Source: Octopus sinensis (lineage: Eukaryota). From it: 64,000 nucleotides of DNA. Shown here piece by piece: positions 1-10,328 of the stretch. Each line of letters starts with the position of its first letter. Positions within the stretch are counted from its first letter, which is position 1. The stretch spans positions 11,222,001 through 11,286,000 of the forward strand of contig NC_043000.1 in assembly GCF_006345805.1 (NCBI RefSeq), read 5' to 3'. The position numbers and the translations under genes were made by a program. The notes under the pieces were generated by a model. It was not told the origin of the DNA. It did no database searches and was given only the letters and a program-made list of their open reading frames with translations.

Positions 1-159
1 GGTGACAGAGAAATCAAATTCATTTGGCTTACATAGAACACATGTAACATAGGCACAAGATCACAAATGTTGGGATGGGATGTAGTAAATTATGCAGATC
101 ATGCTGCTTCGTAGTATTTATTCTATCGGTCTTTTTTGCCAAAACTGCTAACTTACTGG

Positions 160-364
160 GACATAAATACATCAACACCGGTTGTCAAATGGTGATGGAC
201 ACACACACACATATATATGACGGGCTTCTTTCAGTTTCCAAATCCATTCACAAGACCTTGGTCGACCTGAGACTACAGTAGAAGACACTTGCCCAAGGTG
301 CCATGCAGTGGGACTGAACCCGAAACCATGTGATTGGGAAGCAAGCTTCTTACCACACAGCCAT
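160..364 (-). mobile_element. tRNA/CORE-like SINE family A, partial
   Basis: Reverse complement of GGCTGTGTGGTAAGAAGCTTGCTTCCCAA..GGTTCAGTCCCACTGCATGGCACCTTGGGCAAGTG. Confidence 0.85.
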
Positions 365-581
365 GGTTATAAAAGAGCATCATTGTCATACAAGCGAAGT
401 TGTTGGTTTCCAGTTTTCTGCTGAAAATCTACCTAAAAAAAAAATTTTATCTGACCCATGCTAGGATGGAAAAGCTAACGTTTAGTGGTAAGCACTCATA
501 TCCATGGTCTCAGAATAAAAATAAACCAATTATGTGGTTATTTACATTTAATGGATATTTGTTCCTCTCTTGTTTGTTGTT

Positions 582-627
582 GACACAGCATTTCATCTGA
601 TATACCCTCCAGCCTTCATCAGGTGTC
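582..627 (-). ncRNA. Second hammerhead motif copy (degenerate)
   Basis: GACAC CTGATGA A GGCTG-10nt-CAGAT GAAAT GCT GTGTC; stem I GACAC/GTGTC intact, stem II damaged. Confidence 0.5.
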
Positions 628-882
628 TTGGGGAAATTTTGAAACTGCGTTCTCATTAAGGTATTTTTCAGTGTTATTATTATTATCATTATTCAGGTCA
701 CTGCCAGGAATTGAACTCAGAATCTTGGGGTTAGTAGCCCACGCTCTTAATATGGCATAGTGGTTAAGAGTGCGGGCTACTAACCCCAAGATTCCAAGTT
801 TAATTCCAGGCAGTGACCTGAATAATAATATAACATCAAAAAATACCTTAGGAATGAGAACCCAGGTTCAAAATTTCCCAAA

Positions 883-923
883 GACACCTGATGAAGGCTG
901 GAGGGTATATCAGCCGAAACGCT
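883..923 (+). ncRNA. Penelope-type minimal hammerhead ribozyme motif (degenerate)
   Basis: GACAC CTGATGA A GGCTG-10nt-CAGCC GAAAC GCT; intact core and stem II; cleavage triplet GCT rather than GTH, 3' strand of stem I lost. Confidence 0.6.
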
Positions 924-1403
924 AAGAATAAAAAGAGGACAAATATCCGTCAAATGTAAATAATTCCTCATCTCCTAAATATAGAACTGTAATTATGTGG
1001 TTCAATTAATTTTAAATATAATTAAGTGTTACAAGTGGGATTTAGTAAAGTAACTAAATTTTTATTTGGAACACAATTTATAGCAAACTTTCACTGAAAT
1101 CTCACATTATCTTTCATTTAATAATGAGATTTACTTTATAACAAACACGACATAAATAGGATTAAGCAAGTTGGATATAAGTCTTTTCCTTAATTTCGTT
1201 TGCTGTCTCTTCAGCCTAGAAACCTTTTATAGTTCTAGAGTAATGAACAAAATATGTGCAAACATAAGTTGGATGGTTTAGTAACTTATAAATATCAAAT
1301 AGAACTGATACAACTAATGGTTAACAAAACTAGTCTAAATTTCCTAGACATTCTTCAAATGAAATATTACCGAAGTTAAAAGTCATGAAATCTGTTACAT
1401 TAC

Positions 1404-1511
1404 CTTGACAATTTTGCCACCACCGCTATCCACTTCCTCAACCAATTCAGCAGATCCGAGACTTTCAGCAACAAAATGGTCAAGACTGGCAATTGGACGG
1501 CAACCTAAACT
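1404..1511 (-). CDS. CCT4: CCT4 exon 10 (gene continues left of window)
   Basis: SLGCRPIASLDHFVAESLGSAELVEEVDSGGGKIVK; 366 codons in total so far, remaining C-terminal exons not in window. Confidence 0.95.
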
Positions 1512-1904
1512 CTGCAATGCAAAAAATATTAACTCCATGTAGTAAAACCACAATTAAACTTTTCAAAACAGTACAATACCAGAGGGTTAAGAAAGTGCTC
1601 TTTTTATTTCATATTGTTTTACAGGTATTTTCCAATGCCTAGGGTTTCTAAAGTCTCGAGTAGATTAACATTCTCTTGATAAGAACTTTGGTCATAGTGG
1701 ACTATCTCACAGTTAGTACCTACCTACTATCAGTGCTACTGTTATATAGATCAAAGTGGTGCCTAAGTATATGAAAATTGTGACTATCCGTGTAGAAAAA
1801 TAGCCTACCCAGAAGCGAAGTTTAATACACACATTAGTTATGGTAAGGACTAATAACAGAAATGTTATATGTATGCACATAGAGAAAGTAAAAGTGGAAT
1901 TATT

Positions 1905-2069
1905 AGATGTCAGAGATTGTAGATACAGCTATTGGGATTTAAGTCCAGCCACTGATACATGCAGCACTAGTGATAGTTACAATCATCTACTGATCTCTCA
2001 GTTGTATGGCACCTACTGATGCATATTTTATTAATGATCACATGACCAAAACCCAAAACAACAATGCCC
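1905..2069 (-). ncRNA. Candidate box H/ACA RNA in CCT4 intron 9
   Basis: GGCAT/GTGCC hairpin, H box ATACAA, large hairpin closed by GAGAT-GTAGA/TCTAC-ATCTC, ACA-tct. Confidence 0.25.
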
Positions 2070-2682
2070 TTTTATTGTCTCAATTGCCTTTGAAAAATAC
2101 AATGATTTATTAGAGAGTTACAAAAAGAAAAAAAAAAAACTGATATTCATGCCTTTCCTAATAGCATTAAGGAGCATAACTAAACAAGTATAGTGGAATC
2201 AAATTGGGCACAGAAATTGGCTTGCAGACTAGGTTGGTCACCGCTTTCTTGAAATTGCTTACCACTTTCATGTATGCAACATTATTTTAGACTCTAGGAT
2301 ATCTAAAAGAGAATGATCCGATCACATACAAATGCACTAAATATAATTGCCATCACAGCTTTGAAAACGTGAATTTTCACAGATCTAACTGCTTCAAGAA
2401 ATGTTCTTTGAAGAAATTATTTAAATATCATTTAGGAATAGTATCCAATTTTTCCTTTTAATTTTTTTTTTTTTTTTTTTTCATTATGGCTGGGTTTCAA
2501 CCCAATTTCAGTTGTTTTTTTGGAGCTTGACTTAAATGAGAATTCTCAGTAATTAATTCACACAACCACTAATCTAAACCAAGAAAAAAAAAATAAAAAA
2601 CCCCCAAAGTCATGAAGTTACTGCTCTGCCCCATTGAAATATATAAGCCAAGTAAGGATGGAAAGAAAAAACAAAACTCTAC

Positions 2683-2779
2683 CTTGCAGACAAATTCAAT
2701 GCCTTCTCTTTCGATATCTTTGATGACCATAATCTTCATTTTGGCCAAGAAATGTAAAGCAAGGTCACTGACCGCATCC
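2683..2779 (-). CDS. CCT4: CCT4 exon 9
   Basis: [32 protein letters not shown]. Confidence 0.97.
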
Positions 2780-2928
2780 CTGAAACAACCAATACAAACA
2801 GCATGTGTAGATTTTGATGGTCAGTTTTGTGAAGAAAACAAAAATAACTAAAACCCAAATATAGCACTGGTACTTATTTAATCAATTCCCAAACAAATGA
2901 AAGTCTAAGGTCATTGAGATAATGGGGT

Positions 2929-3039
2929 AGATGTCAACGAGTAGCTAAGTACCAGGCTATCCTCTAGCACTTAGTCTTACAGACACTGATCTGCCTAGTC
3001 AGTGATATTCTTGACTACACTACTTCAATATATTCTAGT
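2929..3039 (-). ncRNA. Candidate box H/ACA snoRNA in CCT4 intron 8
   Basis: Hairpin-AGATCA-hairpin (CTAAGTGCTA/TGGTACTTAG)-ACA-tct; host-sense; folded by eye only. Confidence 0.3.
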
Positions 3040-3119
3040 AAGTGGTATACTATATCACAGTAACACAATATATTTGTTATGTGAAGACAGTTTCTATATA
3101 CTTTCTGTTCAGTAAACTA

Positions 3120-3770
3120 TTAAGAAACTTCTGGCTTCAATTTGAACGGAGGAAATATGCTGTGCTTAAGAAGACTCGGCAAGCCAAGCGAGACCATAAT
3201 CTCGTGGCCTATGCCAGGTGTAACCAGCCCACTTATGCGTACCTTTCCTTCATTGGACACCAAACTCTACTTGCGAAGACCTGTTGAGACAAGTGAAATC
3301 GAAATCAAATTCGATGACTGGTATCCGTGCTAGTGGAGCGCTAAGAGCACCATCCGAGCGTGATCATTGCCAGAGCAGCTAACTGGCTTCTGTGCCGGTG
3401 GCACATAAAAAGCACCATTCGAGCGTGATCGTTAGCAGCGTCACCTTACTGGCACCTATGCCGGTGGCACATGAAAAATATTCAAGCGAGGTCGTTGCCA
3501 GTGCTGCTGGAATGGCTCCTGTGCAGGTGGCACGTAAAAAACACCATTTGACTGTGGCCATTGCTTGTATTGCCTGACTGGCCTTCGTGCCAGTGGCATG
3601 TAAAAGCACCCACTACACTCTCGGAGTGGTTGGCGTTAGGAAGGGTATCCAACTGTAGAAACTCTGCCAGATCAGATTGGAGTCTGGTGCAGCCATCTGG
3701 TTCACCAGTTCTCAGTCAAATCATCCAACCCATGCTAGCATGGAAAGCGGATGTTAAATGATGATGATGA
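3120..3770 (+). mobile_element. RTE-clade LINE 3' end with multi-module 3' UTR
   Basis: ORF end RKYAVLKKTRQAK, about 5 GTGCC-NNN-GGCAC-RTAAAAAGCACC modules, CCATGCTAGCATGG palindrome, (GAT)n tail. Confidence 0.75.
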
Positions 3771-4293
3771 TCTGTAATTGATAACCTGTATTCTTCTATT
3801 ACCTATATCTTGTGTGTTTCTAGAGTATAGTGAAATAACCAAAGCTGGCCTTTAAAACAGAAAAATAAATAAATAAATACAAAAACCGAATAAATTATTT
3901 CAAAGGAGGGGAGATACGCATATGATAGTATAATTCAAGGGAGATAACTTATATAGGCTAATTTTAATTCAGACGGTCCCTTTCACCTAGCATAACTGCA
4001 TACTATATTCTTTGTTTTTCTTGTAGGCTACATTATTATACTCACGTTGGACATTTTTATTAGTTATTTCTTGAGCTGCTAACTTACTTTTAATATAAAG
4101 TAATGTTTTCTGCAATAGCTAAGGCACTTTTCTAATACAATACTAGATTGTTTTAAATGCTTTAATGCACTTAATACATTTCCCCTTGAATATATGCTGT
4201 TGAAATTAGGATGCATTGAATATGCTCATGTATCTTTTAAGCCATCAAATATGGGTCAATATAAAGTGTGAAAGGAGAAAACAAACAACTAAC

Positions 4294-4433
4294 CTTAAAA
4301 TAGATTTTTGAATGAGTAATACAGTACAGCCAGCTTTTTTGATCTGTTTGACAATATTGAGAAGATACTGCCTCTCCTCCTTCAAAACACGATCCATCTG
4401 AGAATAATCAGAAACAACTACCTGGTTGTCCAT
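4294..4433 (-). CDS. CCT4: CCT4 exon 8
   Basis: [46 protein letters not shown](R); 91-nt intron to exon 7. Confidence 0.97.
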
Positions 4434-4524
4434 CTGAAATGGAAAGGCAAATTAATTTTACTAACTGTTGTGATTAAAAAAAAAACAAAAAAACAAGGAG
4501 GGAGGAGTGTAGTAAAATACCTAC

Positions 4525-4660
4525 GTTTGTCTTTGGTGGAGAAATACAGAATTGGATTAGCCCAATTTTGGCCTTTTCAACACGGCTTGGTCCTCCAAAT
4601 CCAGCTGTCTTTTGGTTGAATACAAGACCATCAATCAATTCAGTGTCATCAACTGTACCA
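4525..4660 (-). CDS. CCT4: CCT4 exon 7
   Basis: [45 protein letters not shown]. Confidence 0.97.
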
Positions 4661-4699
4661 CTGTAAGGAGAAGAAAACATTCATTGCATAACATTTCTT

Positions 4700-5015
4700 G
4701 TATGTGAATATGTGTTGGCTTCCATGCCGGTGGCACGCAAAAAGCACCATCCGATCGTGGCCGTTGCCTGCTTTGCCTGGCCTCCGTGCCAGTGGCACGT
4801 AAAAAGCACCATCCAATCGTGGCCGTTTGCCAGCCTCGTCTGGCACGTAATAACCACCCACTACATTCATGGAGTGGTTGGCGTTAGGAAGAGCATCCAA
4901 CTGGAGAAACATTGCCAGATCAGACTGGGCCAGGTGCAGCCTTCTGGCTTCCCAGACCCCAGTTGCACCGTCCAACCCATGTCAGCATGGAAAGCGGATG
5001 CTAAACGATGATAAC
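4700..5015 (+). mobile_element. RTE 3' UTR fragment
   Basis: Same modules and tail. Confidence 0.8.
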
Positions 5016-5570
5016 GAAGTGGTGAGAAAGGATCTTCGGATGCTGTGCCTCACTGGAGAAAAAAACAAGACAATGGGAGTTGTGGTGATTTGCTATACTT
5101 GAGAAGCTGCATCAAGCCAAGTAAAATCACTGTCATCCATATATACAGGCTTGTCTTTTACAGGTGTCAGTGTTGCAAAAAATGTGCCTGTGTTGGTGGT
5201 ACATAAAAAGCACCCAGCACACACTGTAAAGTGATTGGCGTTAGTTAGGGCATCCAGCTGTAGAAACCATGCCACAGCAGAGAATTGACAATGGGAGTTG
5301 TGGCGATTTGCTATACTTGAGAAGCTGCATCAAGCCAAGTAAAATCACTGTCATCCATATATACAGGCTTGTCTTTTACAGGTGTCAGTGTTGCAAAAAA
5401 TGTGCCTGTGTTGGTGGTACATAAAAAGCACCCAGCACACACTGTAAAGTGATTGACGTTAGTTAGGGCATCCAGCTGTAGAAACCATGCCACAGCAGAG
5501 AATTGGAGTCTGGACAGCTGTCAAACAGACCAATCCATACCAGCTTGGAAAATGGAAGCTAAATGACAAT
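5010..5570 (+). mobile_element. Older RTE 3' end containing a 218-bp tandem duplication
   Basis: EVVRKDLRMLCLT...FAILEKLHQAK* then module and tail. Confidence 0.7.
5069..5504. repeat. Tandem duplication, 2 x 218 bp
   Basis: 5069-5286 and 5287-5504 differ at 2 positions I could see. Confidence 0.95.
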
Positions 5571-6190
5571 GAATGATATATAAAGGGTATCCAAAAAGTC
5601 TCTGATGGGTTTCAGTTTTTAATAACTTCCTTAACTTTACAAATAAATGCATGAAATTTTGATACAATACAAAGGACATAATGGAAATTTATATGCACAA
5701 GTCAAATTTTGCTTCCAAACAAATCAGTACTGCAATGACTGGACTCTCTCTGGCACACTTTACACTGTAGATAGTACCGCCAAAATCTGACATTGGCAAC
5801 ACACAAGCTCTCCTACACCTAATCTATTGCCACCACAATGGCTTCTGCTCCTCTGAACTAGTTAGTTGTATACTATGTCTATATAAACCCACATTCCTCT
5901 ATTCAATCTATACTGTGTCGACCCCATCACATGCTACATCAATCCTTTTTCCAAACTTTCAGGCCATCACATCAAACCATAGCACTGACTTATAGACTTT
6001 CAAAGTGAATATAAACCACACTGATCTTCCCCACAGGACATCTAAATGTCAGACACTGCTGCACCCCATGCAATAAAGCCTAAGCACCATAAACTAAAAT
6101 CGAGAGTATGCCACAGCTGAATTCATGTAGAAGCACACACAAAAATATCTTTCATTGGTTAGTGGTGTTGAGACTAATAAAACTACTTAC

Positions 6191-6312
6191 CCTAATTTCT
6201 TAACTATATTGATATCGTTGAGGTCCACATTGTCTGCTACTGAGGGATCAATAACTTTCATCACAGCATCCACAGCAATAGGGGCCAAAATGTTGGAGTA
6301 TTGAGAAACAAC
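6191..6312 (-). CDS. CCT4: CCT4 exon 6
   Basis: [40 protein letters not shown](G); donor GTAAGT. Confidence 0.97.
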
Positions 6313-7034
6313 CTAGAGAGAAAATAAAGTTAATGGAAAATATATTCAACAATCAACAAACTTTTCTTTATTTTCAGTCATTAATAAAATGTTGCACATG
6401 ATAACTTTCTGTTACTAAGCTCCTTGTGACAGTACTTTGTTCTAAGACACAAACTTCATTTTCAAATTAATCTCAGTTAAAGATTTCATGTTAAATTATA
6501 TACTAGACACCAGTTTGACTATAACAAAAATATTTCTACCAGATTTTTCCTTATTTCAAAATTAACTGAAACAAAGGCAGTGTATTTCAACAAAAATTTG
6601 GTGATAAAAGGGTCCAAATAATCATTTAATTCTAACTCCCTGCTTGATTCTCAAAAATCAAAGGAAGAAAAAGGCTGAAAAGTTCATTTAATATAATGAA
6701 ATGTGTATAGGGCAAACAGGAAGTCTTTTAACAGGAAATTTCTTCTAAAATGAGGCCAAACTTCATTTCTCATACAGAAGAATACTTAGTTCTGGCTTTT
6801 TGCTGCCAGCCAAAAGTTGTGGTTAAGTGCAGTTCAAAACTTGGTGACTTGTTGTGACATATGGTGCAGGACTTTTAAGAGTTAATATATTAGTGTTTCG
6901 AACAACAAATTTGTGTAAAATATCAATCTAAGCAAGGACATCAGAGGCATCGAATCTAGCCTCAATTCTACAACTGTCACACACACACACACTTTTCATA
7001 CTAATGAAGAATATTTCTGTAAAATTTAGCTTAC

Positions 7035-7177
7035 TTTTGAATTCAAAGCTGTAGAAGCACTTTTCAATAAAGATTCACGATCAGATAATTCAAGTGGTCT
7101 AGAAATTTCCTGTAGGATATCCATACATTTGGCGGCAGCTCTTTGGAAAGATTCAGATATCTGTGTAGGATGAATAC
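7035..7177 (-). CDS. CCT4: CCT4 exon 5
   Basis: (G)[47 protein letters not shown]; phases match neighbours. Confidence 0.97.
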
Positions 7178-7321
7178 CTGATTTGGAAATAAATTTACAG
7201 TGAGCAGCAGTTGCAACAAAAACAAAAGTATTTTATGAACTATAAAAATACTAAAAAGTTCTAGTGCAATTAATTAAGTAAGCCAGAAGATTTTAATTAA
7301 CGAAGACAACAATCTGAATAT

Positions 7322-7710
7322 TAAATAAGGTCAGTGAGGTTAAAAAGCTTGCTTCCCAACCATGTGATCTTGAGAAAGCATCTACTGTTGACGTAGGCTG
7401 ACCAAAGCCTTCTGAGTAAGTTTGGTAGATAGAAACTGAAAGAAATCTGTTGCAGATGTGTACATGTGCACATGCGTGTACTCTTGTCTGGTCATCCCAA
7501 GACGGTTGGAAATGAGCATCATCATCATCAAATGCACAAAGTTGTTCGCTTTCAGTCTTCCATGAAAAGCATCTGGTTATGGGGAAATATTACCTTGTCT
7601 GGAAACAGGCGAAGGTTGGTAACCAGAGAGGTATCCAGTTGCAGAAAATCTGCCTCAACAAACCCTGACCCATGCAAGCATGTCTAAGTGGACAGTAAAG
7701 GACGATGACA
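7322..7710 (+). mobile_element. SINE A head with RTE-type tail (chimeric subfamily)
   Basis: Degenerate A head then GGGGAAATATTACCTT..CCCATGCAAGCATG..GACGATGAC tail; related copies at 8195-8595 (-) and 41250-41650 (+). Confidence 0.65.
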
Positions 7711-7968
7711 AAGTGGGGAGTGAGTAATCTTTAGCAACAGAGCAACAACTTCAGTCTTACTGGACTCCATCTTGCATTAATGGTTTAACAAGGTTTCACT
7801 GATGAAGTTTAATAAGACCAAAATTTTCATAACTGTCATGGTATTGTTAAAGATCAGCCACACACTCTACAACATTCCATTTTAATAAAATTTTTGTTCT
7901 CACCACAGCTCTTTTTTAATTAGAATTATTCAAAGCTATTTTCTATGCTCACTGGAGCATCATCTTAA

Positions 7969-8188
7969 CCCTTTAGCAATTAGATTACTCAATCAAATGT
8001 AATGCTTATTCATTCACATTGCTTTGAAGTAATCATGTATTACCTCATAGCTTTGAGATTTTGATGATGTGGCTGTTTACTTTTAAAATAAAATTGTAGG
8101 GTAGGTGTGAGAGGTTTGATATGGCTGGCTTCAACTTAAAATTGGTAAAATATTTGGGCCAGATATGGCTGGTTTGAATGTTAAAGGG
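7969..8188. mobile_element. piggyBac-like MITE
   Basis: TTAA|CCCTTTAGCA ... TGTTAAAGGG|TTAA. Confidence 0.8.
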
Positions 8189-8652
8189 TTAAGGTTCCTT
8201 TTTCCATGCTTGTATGGGATGGACGGAATTTCGTTGAGGCAGATTTTCTACAGCAAGATGCCCATCATGTGGTCAACCCTCACTTGTTTCCAAGTAAGAT
8301 GATATTCCTTAATACCTGATATGTTTTCATGGAAGATTGGAAACAAAGGACACCACTTGCATGGTAAAGACATTTGTTTCCAACTATCAGTGTCACAGCA
8401 AGGAGGCAGTAGCACATACACCACACAGACATATATATAAAATGGTTTTCTTTCAGTTTTAGTCTACCAAATCCACCCACAAGCCTCTGGTCATCCTGAG
8501 GACCATAGTGGAAAACACTTGTCCAAGGTACCATGCAGAGGGATGAAACCCAGAACCATATGGTTGGGAAGCAAACTTCTTACCGTACAGCCATGTCAGT
8601 GTCCTGCTGACATGCTGTTAATGATTAGAGACTAAATAAAATATACAAGTAC

Positions 8653-8761
8653 CTTTCTTAAGTAATTTAGCTGTAGCATCAAGCAAACTTCCAGCAAGAA
8701 CCACAACGGTTGTGGTGCCATCGCCAGCTTCTACATCTTGGGCTTTAGACAGCTCTACAAG
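8653..8761 (-). CDS. CCT4: CCT4 exon 4
   Basis: [36 protein letters not shown] with GDGTT ATP-binding motif. Confidence 0.97.
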
Positions 8762-9083
8762 CTACAATGGAAGATGAAAACGACTTAGAACATATGAATC
8801 ATTAAACACATTCAATTTCATTTTGAAGAAATTTAAGTAAAAGCCAAAGAGAGGGCAATATTATTATTTTAGATTTTCTTGGGACGAGTCATCAACTATT
8901 AAGTATCAGAACCACAGCCTTTCTGACTGAAACATAACAATTTATAAAATTCTTATCTTTTAGCAGAGAATTTCTTTCTCAGATACCAATTATGCTTACA
9001 TTTGTGTAGTTGAAAGACAGAATTCTTGTACAAGTTAGAAAACTAAAAACCAGAAATGAATGTTTGAATATCATGGAGCTTAC

Positions 9084-9173
9084 CATTCTTGCAGCAGGAT
9101 GAAGAACTTGCATTTGCTTTAAGATAGTAGCCCCATCATTAGTGATAGTGACATCGCCATTACTAGCTTGGAT
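9084..9173 (-). CDS. CCT4: CCT4 exon 3
   Basis: [30 protein letters not shown]; AG/GT bounded, 90 nt. Confidence 0.97.
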
Positions 9174-10275
9174 CTGAAATATTTATGAAATGCAAAGTAA
9201 TGATCAGTACAAACAAAACAAAACGATAAATTTTATAAGTTACTCAAGTCAAAATTGTAGCAATGAAAAGAGACGAGCTATTATACAGAAGCATTTATGG
9301 ATAACATTTTAGCAAAGAGAACAAACTATTATATACAAAATGTTGTTATAGAAAAAAGTAATCCAATTGCTCCATATCAAGTTGATAATTATGCAAATAA
9401 AACAAATAGTTTATATTTGCACAGTTATATTTACTGTTGTTTTAATCTTCCTGATATTGTTTTTATTAAACAGAGTAAGTTTGACTACAGGCTAGCCCAT
9501 TTAGAGCAGAACTATGTTCTGAGGCATTCCAACTGTGACCATTCCATTCTTTGGTCTGACACTGTATAACTAGAACTGCATTATCAAAATTTGTTTTAGC
9601 TTTGAAAATGATAGAATTTGAAGAAACATTTTACTTATTTTTAGCAGGATGAACTACCCCATGGAAGCTCCCAAGATACCTCGTATAACATGCTATTGCA
9701 AAATTGGCGACTTTTTTTTTTATCTTCATCAAAACGAGATACTTTACAGGTAAGTCTCTTCTGCTAATGAGTTTTCAAATGTATGTTCAAAATGGAAAAA
9801 GACTAATAATTATCACAAAACTGTGCTAATTGTGGACATAAAACACAATATGATGCAGTTGACTCAGGATAAACAGTCAATGTTTTGAGTCCATCAATGG
9901 AAAATAAGTTTAATGAATTTAGTAAAAGGATTCATTAATCACTCCTCCATTTACTCAAAGGAAAATAAGCTTGGCACTGCAAAAATCAATGAACCACTGT
10001 ACTCAGACACGAACTTTTCCATCATTCTACTTTCTCTGGCTGTCTGGACTATACAAATGTACTTTTCTCAGAGAAACAATAAAATACCAATGACAAATAT
10101 TGCCAGTATCCAACTGAAATCAACTGTTTACTGTCAACAGGAAATTAGACATAATTTTTCTTTTGAATATATGTGTATTAAGTGAACCTACATTGCTTTT
10201 CACATGGACTAATTTTGACTGAATAGTACAACTTTTGACAGGTAAGAAATGAATTTAAGTACTTTAGCAACATAC

Positions 10276-10328
10276 CATTTTATCCATGCCACGAGGGCCC
10301 AGACTGGTTCTAATGGCATCAACAACAG
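10276..10328 (-). CDS. CCT4: CCT4 exon 2
   Basis: (A)VVDAIRTSLGPRGMDKM chaperonin motif; ttttacag acceptor, gtatg donor. Confidence 0.97.

Larger units (their letters stand above)
540..990. mobile_element. Head-to-head inverted dimer of a tRNA-headed, hammerhead-bearing SINE
   Basis: Arms 540-750 (-) and 751-990 (+); A-box TGGCATAGTGG, B-box-like AAGTTTAATTCC; 12-bp direct repeat AATTATGTGGTT at 528-539 and 991-1002. Confidence 0.85.

Noticed and set aside
3309-3620. Repeat-spacer appearance resembling a CRISPR array
   Set aside because: Eukaryotic context; the spacers are homologous to one another and belong to the RTE 3' UTR modules.
6040-6150. Hairpin plus TCTGACATTT end in CCT4 intron 6
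   Set aside because: No ANANNA hinge between the hairpins.
7790-7825. CTGATGAAGT..ACCAAAA hammerhead-like string
   Set aside because: GAAA box broken, stem II only 2 bp, no stem I; compatible with chance.
9647-9749. Plus-strand exon-like segment (tttttag ... AG|GTAAGT) antisense in CCT4 intron 2
   Set aside because: No partner exons or coding signal; such sites are common in AT-rich DNA.
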